Part shown: in pieces, positions 35,071 to 46,536 of the stretch
Layout: each line of letters begins with the position of its first letter
Numbering within the stretch: the stretch's first letter is position 1
Assembly (NCBI GenBank): GCA_030324005.1
Contig: JARDVH010000115.1
Location: forward strand, 2,993,973-3,057,972
Reading direction: 5' to 3'
Length of the DNA stretch: 64,000 bases
Source of the DNA: Negaprion brevirostris
Lineage: Eukaryota
The notes under the pieces: generated by a model
The model's database searches: none
Seen by the model: the letters and a program-made list of their open reading frames with translations, nothing else
Told to the model about the DNA's origin: nothing
Made by a program: the position numbers and the translations under genes

Positions 35071-37683
35071 TTCTCAATCTGTTGCTGAAATGTTTGCAGT
35101 GAGTTTTGAATCACTGCTGTTTTGATGCAGGTAAGTTTGCTAACCACTGAACCAAGGCTGTCACCTGTGTGGTACCTGGGTCCCTTGATGTACAGAAGAC
35201 TATTTTCTTCCGGATTTCTGCTATTTGTGAGATTTAAATTCAAACCTGAAGCCAAGAATTTTGGACAGTGACTGCTGGGATGCAAATCCCACAAATTTCC
35301 GGAAAAGTGCAATTAAAAGAGGAAAGATTTCAATACACAACGTAATTTGGAAGTGCTTTAACGTTTTAAAAACTCCACCTCTCCTTTTCCCATCATTGCT
35401 TTCTTGCATTATGCAGCTGTTGAGTTTCCATCTGGGAGGGATCAGACTGCCAATTTCAGCTCTCTGCTAATCTAATTTTGAACCTCGAGTTCAGAATAAA
35501 CTGTTGAAAGGTACAGAAGTAGAATGCCTTGCAGAGCTGCCTTTTGAGTTTACTACTGAGAGGACATAGTGGCCACCAGGCTGCTTGTCTCCCCTTACGC
35601 GTCTACAATTTTGTGTTTTTGCCAAAGTAATGCAGTTGTGAATTTTTCATAGAACTGGAATACATGCAGCATGGTGTTACAAAGTATTTCAAGCACAGCA
35701 GCAGATCATTCGGCCTTCAGCACGAGCCTCATCCCACACCCTATTACGTCTCACCCGATTTAGCAAAGTCTTCTAGTCCTTGTTCCCCTGTGGATTGATC
35801 TAGTCTCCTTTTAAATGTGTCCCATCAATTTGCACAGTAATGAGATCCATATTCGTCAAGTCACCATGGTGCATTTCTGCCTAATGAGTCAATGCTGGCC
35901 CTCCTGTAGAGCAGTCCAGTCAGCCCCATTTTCCTATTCTAAACCTTTGGGCACTGCAAGTTTAATTCTCAAGTGCCCATCCAGTTTCCTTTGTAAATCA
36001 TTTGATGTCTCTGCTTCCACTATCCTTATAGGTGTCTATAGATGTTGCTTTCCATGAGGCATCAGAAGTTTTAGCTCAGACTCATAGTTTTTTCAGGATC
36101 CTGGCTTTGTTCTTTGAATAAGGGCAAAACTTGGAATGATATATGTACTGCCCATCTGTAGTTTAAAGAAGATGGTGGAGCTTCACCTTGAGCCACTGCA
36201 ATCCTATGGTGATGATATATCTGTCAGTTAAGGTAGGAAATTCCTGGATTTTGAACAATGAAATAGTACCTTTTGCCCAAGGAAGGATTGTGTTCCCGTG
36301 ATATTGTTGCTCTTGCCCTTACGTTAATGATATAGCACAGGAGGCCGTTCGTTTTGTCACGACTGTGCTGGTTATTTGAAAGAGCTATTACTGCCATAGC
36401 AAATTATGGCAGTTGTAGGACTTTGTCTCAAAACAGAATCTCTGCTGTTAGATGTGATTCTGCGATTGGATGGCTGAACAATCCTGAATGCACTAATGGT
36501 TACACTAGCAACCAGTTCTAATATGCTCAATTGAGCTCGTAGCATGACTCAGTTATGCTTGCTAGAAGCGACATACAAGGACCTTTCTCTGCAAACAAAA
36601 GAAATATATTCAACCCTGCACCTTTTTAAAATGACCAGGAAGCTTGGTGCCTATAATGACTTGTTTTTTCCTCTCCTGGTCAACCAGGGTCAACTTGACA
36701 ACCAATCAACCCCTTTCCGCCTGCAATATAAATAGTGGTGATTTGAAATTTGACATTCTTGTATTTGTCCTGATGAATTCAAGATGAAAAGTTTCAATGT
36801 CTCTCCAAGATTTAGATGATTTGCCTGTATAAACCAAGTGTTCCACATGCAACCATGTATGGTTATTTACACAGTTAATAGCTGGAAAGTAGAATAGCCG
36901 TTTGACCGTTACTTTTACTTTTCTGAGCTTTCAAGCTTTTGATATTAGCATCACCAATTTGCTTACAGAACAAATGGGTGCATAACTGGGGGAAACTGAC
37001 TCGAATTACTTCATTTTAGATCTCACCCAACAAGAACAGATCATACTGGACATAGTGGGACCTGAAAGGAGAGTGGACTCGACTGTCTCCCAATATACAA
37101 CTGCTAGCACCTTTCATTTGTTCTTCCTTTAGTCTTCAGTAGCAGACATTTCCAGGAAGGTGGTGGTGTTGAGGTAACTTTGAGCTTCTGCAGTGCATTC
37201 TTGTAGATATGTACCATAGCTGTAGCATGCTGTTTATAAAGGAGTATCAAGTCCCAAATATTGAGCCCAATTGTAATGNNNNNNNNNNCTGTCATTTGAA
37301 CGATCAGCCAATGTGGCACAACTGTGATTTGAACCTGGGTGCCTGCAAAGTTCAGCTGCTCACTGATTTGACTAGGCAAGACTGTGGTGTAGTGGCTGAG
37401 TGAGTGTTTGTTGCTTGAATTGCCATAAAAAGTTTAAAATTTATATTGCATGAGGCCAAGTAAGCTCAGACCTGCCGAAGTTTAGTCTAGGCTCTGTCTT
37501 TTGATACAGCATTTGTGACACAAGTTACCCATTTGAGTTTAAACCACGGTCTGAGACCTTTACACTTGCACTGAATTTATGTGCTGCTGAAATTTGTTCA
37601 AATTGGAAGGATTGTTTTCATCTTGACCAGCTTTTAAGTGAAGCATTCAAATTTGGAGAATAATTTCCAAAGATTTAAGTTAC

Positions 37684-37925
37684 AGAAAGAACAAAGAACA
37701 CTACAGCACAGGAACAGGCCCTTCGGCCCTCCAAGCCTGCACTAATCACATTTACCTATCTAACCAACCACTTATATCCCTCTATTCCCCGTTTGTTCAT
37801 TTGCCTACCAACATAAGTCTCAAATGTGGCTAAACCACCTCACTTGTCAGTGCATTCCAGGCCCCCACCACTCTGTGGACAAAAAAAACTTCCCCTGCAC
37901 ACCTCCACTGAACCTTTGCCCCCTT
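37684..37925 (-). mobile_element. CR1/HER1 LINE 3' end
   Basis: AGAACAAAGAACACTACAGCACAGGAACAGGCCCTTCGGCCCTCCAAGCCTG is similar to the 42562 copy. Confidence 0.75.
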
Positions 37926-38309
37926 AAGCACAAGTAAAACTCCATTGTAAAAATTACTGAGGGTGCTTGATGGAATTTTAACGTTCAGAGCCACTGAGTG
38001 TTATAATCCACAAGTTGGGCAGGTAATCAGTGCTCCTGCAACTGAGTGTAACTTGTGTTTCCCACGTCAACTGGAGTGGGTGGTGGGCACAACTTCACTG
38101 TTTACTGGGATGCAGTGATGGTCAGGGTGAAACAACCGTTGAGAGAAAGAGCCGGGTACTTGACAGATCACTGGGCATCATCCCATGACCCGCAGAGAGA
38201 TTCTGCTCCCAGTTGTTGTGTGGAGGAAGCCTGCCTTAGAGACCAGGCAGATAGGACTGGAAGTGGCAGAGGAAGGGCAGCCAGACTGTGATACCTCACT
38301 CCTGGGTAC

Positions 38310-38470
38310 AACAGCGGCAGAGCGGTTAGCATTGCTGCCTCACAATGCCAGGGACCTGGGTTCTATTCTGGCCTTGGGTGACTGTCTGTGTGGAGTTTTC
38401 AAATTCTCCTTTGGAGAGTCAGTACTGACTCGATGGACCAAATGGCCTCCTTCTGCACTGTAGGAATTTT
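38310..38470 (+). mobile_element. Internally deleted HE1-like SINE
   Basis: The head GGTTAGCATTGCTGCCTCACAATGCCAGGGACC is joined almost directly to the tail GACTCGATGGACCAAATGGCCTCCTTCTGCACTGTAGG. Confidence 0.75.
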
Positions 38471-38756
38471 GTGCCTCAGTGGCTCTAACAGGTTCATCAA
38501 TTTCGTCAGGACAGGGAAGGTAAGTGGCATGCCAGTCCCTTCACTCTGACTTTCCCAGCCTTCTCCTGTACTGCACTCTTCATATCAACACACCTTACAA
38601 CTTCCAGCCGTCCCTCAGTTCCATGACAGCTCACATCTCCTCTCCCCAGCCACCTGTTTTCCTTTGTCTTATTGTCATCTCACATCTATGTTTCAGAGTG
38701 ACTCTTCACAAATGGGAGGAGATGGTCTCATAGTGGTAATATCACAGGACTAGTAA

Positions 38757-38993
38757 TTGCATGTTCTCCCCATGTCTGCGTGGGTTTCTTCCGGGTGCTC
38801 CGGTTTCCTCCCATACTCCAAAGATGTGCGGGTTAGGTTAATTGGCCTTGCTAAAATTGCTCCTTAGTGTTGGGGGTATTAGCGGAGTAAATTCGTGGAG
38901 TTATGGGGAGAGAGGCCTGGATGTGATTGTGGCCAGTGTAGACTCGATGGACTGAATGGCCTCCTTCTGCACTGTAGGGGTTCTATGATTCTA
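38757..38993 (+). mobile_element. 5'-truncated HE1-like V-SINE
   Basis: TTGCATGTTCTCCCCATGTCTGCGTGGGTTTCTTCCGGGTGCTCCGGTTTCCTCCC through GGTTCTATGATTCTA. Confidence 0.85.
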
Positions 38994-39042
38994 ATCCTGA
39001 GGCTCTGCAGACATAGATTCATATCCCAACTTGGTAAAATTC

Positions 39043-39362
39043 AGGGGCGGCATGGTGGCACAGTGGTTAGCATTGCTGCCTCACAGCACCAGGGACCCAG
39101 GTCCGGCCTTGGGTCACTGTCTGCGTGAAGTTTGCATGTTCTCCCTGTGTCTGTGTGGATTTCCTCCAGGTGCTCCGGTTTCCTCCCACAGTCCAAAGAT
39201 GCGAGGGTTAGGTTGATTAGCCATGCTAAATAGCCTTTTAGTGTCAGGGGGATTAGCAGGCTAGCGGGGTTACAAGATTGGGCTTGGGTGGGATTGTTGC
39301 CAGTGCAGACTCGATGGGTTGAATGGTCTCCTTCTGCACTATAGGGATGCTATGATTCTATA
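39043..39362 (+). mobile_element. Full-length HE1-like V-SINE with CR1-type tail
   Basis: Head GGGGCGGCATGGTGGCACAGTGGTTAGCATTGCTGCC, then V-domain, then tail CTATGATTCTAT. Confidence 0.9.
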
Positions 39363-39912
39363 AAATGTGTCTCTCTATCCTCCATAAAGCAGTGTGTATA
39401 TTATCACATGAGTAATCCAAGGCCTGGATTAATGATTTAACCACATTTTAATCTTGCCATGGCAGGCAGGAAATTTAAATTCAACTAATTAAATCAGTCT
39501 GGAAGCTGGGGGTTGGGTGCAATGTTGCATCAGTCACTTCTACTGTAAACAACATTTCTGCAGACAGCTTTCATTGCCAAGGATGACACTCGGTAAGGTC
39601 CCAATTTTTCCAAGGTGACTGGCCACAAGTCTGCTTCATCTGGAGCTTGCCCTGGACGTTCGCACATCATGTTGGTGTTGGTCTTCAGAGCTTCAACTTG
39701 TCTCCTCCATTGATCCAGATTTCCATTTAGAGGAGTGACATTCTATATTGACACCAAACCAAGCTGATAATACCCTCACTCAGATGAGCTGGTGAGCTGA
39801 AGTGAGGTATCAGGGTATGCTTTTGATTGTACGCATTACCAATGATAAGAACAGAAAATGCTGGAAATATTCTGAAGGCCAGTCACAATCTGTAGTGAGG
39901 AGCAGAGTTAAC

Positions 39913-40268
39913 ATGGCCTAGTGGTATCATCATCAGCCATTAATCCAGAAACTCAGCTCGTGTGCTGGGGACCTAGGTTCGAATCCCACCACAACAGATG
40001 GTGACATTTGAATTCAATAAAAAATAACATCTGGAATTAAGAATCTACTGATGACCATGAAACTTTTGTTGATTGCTGGAAAAACCGATCTGCTTCACAA
40101 ATGTCTTTTAGGGAAGGAAATTGGCCGTCTCAACCCCCTCTGGCCTACATGTGACTCTAGAACTACAGCAACATGGTTGACTCTCAAGTGTTCTTGGGCA
40201 ACTAGGGATGGGCAATAAATGTTGGCTAGCCAGCGATGCCCATGTCCCGAGAATGAATGAAAAAAAAC
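39913..40268 (+). mobile_element. tRNA-derived SINE, second family (tail GGGATGGGCAATAAATG...GAATGAAT)
   Basis: A box TGGCCTAGTGG, B box GGTTCGAATCC, A-rich end. Homologous copies at 41383-41730 (+) and fragments near 25900, 28000, 50090, 51600 and 57250-57500. Confidence 0.8.
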
Positions 40269-40275
40269 AACTGTT

Positions 40276-40563
40276 TTGCCTCACAGCAGCAGGGACCCAA
40301 GTTCAATTCCGGTCTTGGATCTATGTGGAGTCTACACGTTCTCCCCGTGCCTGTATGGGTTTCCTCTAGGTGTTCCGGTTTCCTCCCACAACCCAAAGAT
40401 GTGCAGGTTAGGTTGATTGGCCATGCTAAATTGACCTTAGTGTAATGGGGTTAGCAGGGTAAATGTGTCGAGTTAGGGGAATAGGGCCTGGGTGAGATTG
40501 TTGTTGGTACAGACTCAATGGACTGATTGACTTCCTTCTGCACTGTCAGGATTCTATGATTCC
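40276..40563 (+). mobile_element. HE1-like V-SINE
   Basis: GCCTCACAGCAGCAGGGACCCAAGTTCAATTCC...GGTTTCCTCCCACA...GGATTCTATGATTC. Confidence 0.88.
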
Positions 40564-40889
40564 AAGAACAACTATTAAATTTGCCTAGAGGGTACCATTT
40601 TTGGTGTTTAAAATCTACCTTACAATTATTTCCGTTGGCTCTCTAACTGATGTTGGAGTTTGTGGGGGTGTACAGATTGATAATGAGACAAAACCCCCGA
40701 AATCCATGCGGCGGATGGCCTTTCTGTTAGCCCACAATGTGTGCCAATGGAAAATGACTGACGAAGAGCTGGGCTGGCTGGGGTGGTGTGTGTCCCTCGT
40801 NNNNNNNNNNACTGGAGAGTGGGACATTCTTTGTCCCAGCTTGTCGGAAATCTGTCTCTTCAATACAATAAACCTGTTTTAACAATTCT

Positions 40890-41178
40890 TTAAAGTTAAT
40901 TTATTAGTGTCACAAGTAGGCTTAAATTAACACTGCAATGAAATTAATGTGAAAACCCCTAGTCGCCACACTCCGGCACCTGTTCGATTATACTGAGGGA
41001 GAATTTAGTATGGCCAACACACCTAACCAGCACATCTTTCGGGTTTGGGAGGAAACAGGAGCACCCGAGGGAAACCCACACAGACATGGGGAGAATGTGC
41101 AAACTTCACACAGATAGTGACCCAAGCCAGGAATAAAACCCAGGTCCCTGATGCTGTGAGGCAGCAGTGCTAACCATA
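40890..41178 (-). mobile_element. HE1-like V-SINE with alternative tail
   Basis: TTTATTAGTGTCACAAGTAGGCTT...GGAGGAAACAGGAGCACCCG...CTGTGAGGCAGCAGTGCTAACCA. Confidence 0.88.
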
Positions 41179-41382
41179 GTTTTTAGGAAGGTATGTGCTT
41201 TTTTTGTTTAATTTCNNNNNNNNNNACACTGTTACTAGTTCCTATTCTAATCAATATCACACTGTACAATTTTTCCTGCGCATGTAATCTTCTTTATTTT
41301 TCCTTTTCTTCTTGCTGGCATCCTTCTTATAAGCAGCTCGTCTGTAATATCTTCCAATTATGGATGGCATGGCAACACTGGG

Positions 41383-41730
41383 GGAGGCAGTGGTGTAGGG
41401 GAATTGTCATTGGACAAGCAATCTAGAAACCTAAGACAAGATCCCGCGACCAGGGTTCAAATCTCACCACGGCAGATGGTGACATTTGAATTGAATAAAA
41501 ATCTGGAATGACGAGTCCAATGACAACCATTTCAGATTGTCGGGAAAAACCCATCTGGGTTCACTGATGTCCTTTACGATGGGAAATCTGCTATCTGCAA
41601 ATGGTCTGGCCCACGTGTGACTCCAGACCCACAGCAATGTGGATGACTCTTAAATGTCCTGTAAAGTGGAGGGGGTAAGGGATGGACAATAAGTGCTGAC
41701 CCAGCCAAGCACACCTGCAAATGAATAAAG
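41383..41730 (+). mobile_element. tRNA-derived SINE, second family
   Basis: GGGTTCAAATCTCACCACGGCAGATGGTGACATTTGAATT...GTGACTCCAGACCCACAGCAATGTGG aligns with 39913-40268. Confidence 0.8.
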
Positions 41731-42561
41731 AAATTTTGTCTTTTCTTCGAGACATGACGAGCATTGCCCACATTTTCTATTCTCGTTTCCTGTTATCTTT
41801 TCATTTCTGTGAATGTTGGCAACCAGTCCTTTTTCCATCACTCTCTCTCCTTAGTTTCCCATTGATCATTAAGTATTGTTGTACAAATGTACAAATTGGC
41901 CGTCCGTTAGATGGTGATTAAGCTTTTAATCAAGAGAATGAAAAGGTGAGAATGACCAGTTGTTTGCGTCCTATTAACTTATCTGACTTATTATCAAATC
42001 AGAAACCCTGGCCTGCTTATCAGAGACCATCTGTCTCAAACATAATGTTAGAGCGAAGCGTGTGAGAAAACTTTCATTTCCCATAGCCAATCCGCCTCAC
42101 AGATATTTTCACAGATCTGCCAGCAGGAAGGAGATGCAGTATGTGAAAAGTTAAGTTTGTGGGTATTGTATTTCACAACTTCCCCCACACACAGGAACAA
42201 AGAAACAAACATGAAAGAAAACATTTTGCTACAACACTGGAAAACTCTAAATTCCTCATTTCAAAATAATGTCTAAATGTTTTGGAGCTGAAAGGAGACA
42301 GCCGGGTGTCACAACTTTGTAAGGGTAGAGGGTGTTTTACCTCTGGCTCAGCTATGTACCCCCTCCAATCCTCCCCCACACCAGGCCCCAAAACTTCACT
42401 CCATCCACCCCCTAACCCTCACTCGAGCCCCCTTCCCACCTCAACCCTCCCTACCTCCTCANNNNNNNNNNNNNNNNNNNNNNNNNNNNNNNNNNNNNNN
42501 NNNNNNNNNNNNNNNNNNNNNNNNNNNNNNNNNNNNNNNNNNNNNNNNNNNNNNNNNNNNN

Positions 42562-42956
42562 AGCACAGGAAACAGGCCCTTCAGCCCTCCAAGCCTGCGC
42601 CGCTCATTGGTCCAACTAGACCATTCTTTTGTATCCCTCCATTCCCAGTCTGTCCATGTGGCTATCCAGATAAGTCTTAAACGATCTCAGCGTGTCTGTC
42701 TCTACCACCCTGCTTGGCAGTGCATTCCAGGCCCCCACCACCCCCTGTGTAAAATATGTCCCTCTGATATCTGAGTTAAACCTCGCCCCCCTCACTTTGA
42801 ACCTGTGACCCCTCGGGTTCATCACCTCCGACCTGGGAAAAAGCTTCCCACTGTTCACCCTATCTGTGCCCTTCATAATTTTATACACCTCTATTAGGTT
42901 GCCTCTCATCCCCTGTCTTTCCAGGGAGAGCAACCCCAGTTGACCCAATCTCTCCT
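42562..42956 (-). mobile_element. Relatively young CR1/HER1 LINE 3' end (ORF2 C-terminus still open)
   Basis: The minus ORF 42616-42948, LGLLSLERQGMRGNLIEVYKIMKG...RGHRFK...FTQGVVGAWNALP...FKTYLD, is the typical CR1 ORF2 C-terminus. Confidence 0.92.
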
Positions 42957-43049
42957 ACGGTGAAGTTAAAGCTGGTTTGTTGAAGGCAGCCTTCACTGAG
43001 CTATCATGAAAGCTGTAGTTAGTATTTGGAGAGAATATCTTATTGGCAA

Positions 43050-43245
43050 TTAAGGCTGGAAATATTCTGCAAGCCAGGCAACATCTGTGGAGAGGAACAA
43101 TTAACATTTCAGGTCTGTGATCTTTCATCAGAACTAAAATTTTTCAGTTAACTCTGCTTTTCCCTCCACAAAAGCTGCCTGACTTACCGAGTGTTTCCAG
43201 CGTTTTCTGATTTCATTTTGGCATCTGTTGTGTTGTGCTTTTGTG
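43050..43245. mobile_element. Short inverted-repeat Penelope-like element (second family)
   Basis: GCTGGAAATATTC...GGCAACATCTGTGGAG pairs with CTCCACAAAAGCTGCC...GAGTGTTTCCAGC. A reversed CTGATGAAAGATC...GACCTGAAATGTT motif lies inside. Confidence 0.6.
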
Positions 43246-44781
43246 TTCTTATTAAGCATTTCTTGTGGATGAGGAGTCATGCTAATTCTGGTTAAGGTCT
43301 AGAAATTGAAATTCCTAAGTTTTCTGTCCAGTCTCTTGGATAATAATTGCATCTGTGGCATCAAAGGGAAGAGCTTGAGAGGGGTTGAGAAAGTGAGACC
43401 GTGGAGTGCATGTCCACAGGCATTTAAAGCTGGCACAACAGATGGGCAAGGCATATTGTGATGATACTATGCTATTGTATTTAAGGTGTGGGGGGACTGC
43501 TTTAAGAGCAGTTTTGTTGCAGGTAGTTTGTCTGGAAGGAATTTAGCAGATACTTAGAGCAAGATAATTATCCATTTTAGCCATGTAAGTGGTTATTCAG
43601 AAGAAGGCTTAATGAGGCTTTTTTATTAAAGTGATAAGGTGTATTCGATATACAGGGACCAAATCATGTGAGGAGTTGGCATGTTGCAAAAATCAGTTTC
43701 ATTTTCATTTTTAAACAAAGGGCAGTTGCTGAGTGGAGGTGGTTCAGGGCAGAGGTCTGGAGGCCCTCTCTCTTAATAGTCCTGGAGAGATCTTTTCAAA
43801 AGTTAAAGCAAATATATCTGTGTTTTGCTAACTTATGTTTAAAATGTGTGTTGAGTCTATAAGAGAACATTACTTAATTGGAACTGACAGTGATAGAAGT
43901 TGGAATTATTTCCTTTCATTTTGTCTTGTTTGACTGTTGAAGCTAAGCTAGTTCATTTGTTGTTAAATAAAGTTTGTTTTGATTGTCAGTAGAATCATGT
44001 CTCGAGTTCAGTCCATTTAAAAGGTACTGGCATCTGCATCTGAGGTGCTGCAACCTGCAAGGCTATGGACCAGGTGCTGGAAAATATTATTAAGATGAGC
44101 AGCTAGTTTCTTTTTCTCCTATGGCCAGCACAGACATGATGGGCTAAATGGCCTCCTTCTGCATTATAACATTTCTATGATTCTGATATTCTATATTTAA
44201 ATGTAGTAAAGCATCCCAAGCATTTTCACAGGATAAATTCAACATAAGTTGACATAGCCACATGTATTGAGATTGATGCCTAATGTTTGGATAAAGAAAT
44301 AGATCTTAATGAGTGTCATGAAGGTGGTGATGTTCAGGAATGGAAATTTTAAACTTGGAGCTTATGCAACTGAAGGTAAAGTCACCAGTTGTGGGCATGA
44401 TAATTAGGAGTGTAGAGGGGCCTGATGGTTGGAACCTGCTGCACAATTTCATTCAACTAGTCATTGTGTCACATCAGAGCTTTAGTGAATGTTGTCAGGC
44501 TGTTTAAGTTGGGCATTGTTGCAGAGCTCAGTTGAGATCTCTCCCAAGATCTACAGCTTCCAGTGGATGCTGACCGTGATCCCTTTTTTCATCTTCCTGC
44601 CCTCCCCTTTTCCATGTTGAGGAAGGGGCGTTGAGGCTAATTTTGCCATTCCTACTGCCTGCTGCATTTGTTTCTGGGAATCCATGGCCAATATCAAGTA
44701 AGGCTAGGTAAATTTCATTTATGTAATCTTTTTTCGACTTTGTGATTAGGACAATAATTGGAAGGAATTTATTTCTATGGG

Positions 44782-44962
44782 ATAAACACAAAATACTGCT
44801 GGGATCTGAAACAGAATAAAGCTGGAAAATCTCAGCAGGTCTGACAGCTCCTGTGGGGAGAGAATAGAGCCAACATTTCGAGTCTGGACGACCCTTTATC
44901 AGAGCTCCACAGATGCCGTCAGATCTGTTGAGATTTTCCAGCGTTTTTCTGTTTTTATTTTG
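44782..44962. mobile_element. Short inverted-repeat Penelope-like element (second family) with decayed hammerhead motif
   Basis: GCTGGAAAATCTCAGCAGGTCTGAC pairs with GTCAGATCTGTTGAGATTTTCCAGC. The minus strand reads CTGATAA-AGGGTC-GTCCA-GACTC-GAAA-TGTT. Confidence 0.65.
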
Positions 44963-45629
44963 ATGGGACTTTGGGAGTTGGTGATTGTTACCAAAGTAGT
45001 AATTTTTTTCAGCTCTGGACTTCAGCCCTGTTAGCTGCAACCTAGTAGGAGTGCTTCTCGACATCACCCCTGAATGGCCCTGCTCCAAGGTTATGTCCCC
45101 GCATTCTTAATGAGTCTCCTTTCCCCTCTATGACTCAATGATGGTTAGGAGTTTGTTCCCAATCAATAGAGAAATAGCCCTTCATTCCTGTGCTGACATT
45201 TTGTTGGCACTATCCAAGTAGTCTCACTCCTCTGCTCTTTCCCCATAACCCTGTATTTTTATTCCCTTATCCAGTTCCCTTTTGAAAGCTACTATCTAGT
45301 TATTTAATTGGAGGTGAGGGGGTATGTGCATGTGCTTCCTTGTGATTGACTAATGGCACGTTATGACCACCAGAGCCACCCCTGATCCTTGAAATGTAGG
45401 CATTGAATGCTACTACACAAAGACATTATTCTCTTGACAGAGACTCATTGGAGGTCAGATGTTATTTGATCTTAGTTGAGACCTGTTTTGTCTGGATGAG
45501 GGAGGGAGATTAAGTTGTAGAATTTGATAGAATTAGCAGTGGCGGAGAACTGGAAGTGAGTCAACTCAGATGTTGCTGCTCAAAGTCTTGCTTTGGTTTA
45601 GCTGAGGCCAGATTCTTGAAGTATTCTTT

Positions 45630-46000
45630 AGGGATTGTCCAGTCCATAGATGTGTAGGTTCGATGGTTTGGCTGTGCTAAATTCCCCTTTAGTGTCCAAA
45701 GACGTGTAGGTTGGGGGATTAGCAGGATAAAATGAGTGGGGTTTCAGGTACAGGACAGGGAATGGACCTGGGTAAAGGTGCTCTGTCAGAGTGAGTGCAG
45801 ACTTGATGGGCTGGATGGCTTCCTTCTGCATTTGATGATTTTATGATTTTGTACCCAGTTACATGTGTAAGATGGGTATAGAGGGATATGGACCAAACAT
45901 GGGCAATTGGAACTAGCTTAGTGATTTTAAAGAAAAAAAAAGACGTGGACAAGTTGGGCTGAGGGTCCTGTTTCCATGCTGTAAATCTCTATGGCTCTAT
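45630..46000 (+). mobile_element. HE1-like SINE 3' half followed by a CR1 3' end
   Basis: GGCTGTGCTAAATTCCCCTTTAGTGTCC...GCAGACTTGATGGGCTGGATGG, then GGACAAGTTGGGCTGAGGGTCCTGTTTCCATGCTGTAAATCTCTATG. Confidence 0.7.
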
Positions 46001-46505
46001 TTTAGAGATCACCTGTAGGGCGTTTACGTTTCATTGAAGACCAGTTTGTAATGACTAATCAGCTTAGTGTCATTCCATAGCACCAGCTGGATCAATCTAT
46101 CCCATTCTATATTATTTTATTTTTTTAAAAGCTGCCTTGTGATGTAGAATAACAGAACTTGTAAACCTTGACCGTGGCACATTGTCAAGTATTGTTGACA
46201 ATGTTTGGAGGCCAAATTGTTCCATTCATTGTTGACACCCTCATTTACAACAATAAGTCTGTGGAGGCTACAGAATTGTTCAGGATCTGAGTGATCTGTT
46301 TTTGTACCTTGGATAAGGAAGTTGGTGAAACACACATTCGGACTGCTGGGAGTAGCTTGAATCTACCCCCTTTAATCATTCCGGTATCCCTTTAATATTT
46401 TTACTCCATTTTTAAACTTAGTCAATAGTCCGATTCAATTCAAGGTCCCCATAAGAGAGACAAACATGATTCAAACTGACACAAGGCCTTGCACCCTCTC
46501 TTAGG

Positions 46506-46536
46506 CTTGATCTTAGCCAAAAGGCTGAGAAGTGAT
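46506..46536 (-). pseudogene. U2 snRNA 5' fragment (nt 1-31) fused to non-U2 sequence
   Basis: The minus strand ATCACTTCTCAGCCTTTTGGCTAAGATCAAG matches vertebrate U2 ATCGCTTCTCGGCCTTTTGGCTAAGATCAAG at 29/31. Both differences are at CpGs. Confidence 0.85.

Noticed and set aside
39043-39120. tRNA genes at SINE heads
   Set aside because: The A/B-box-like heads continue into SINE bodies and form no complete cloverleaf.
44528-45088. 186-aa minus-strand ORF
   Set aside because: It spans a repeat element, has no recognisable domain and is probably a chance ORF.
46506-46536. Functional U2 snRNA gene
   Set aside because: Only 31 nt match, with no branch-point pairing region or Sm site.
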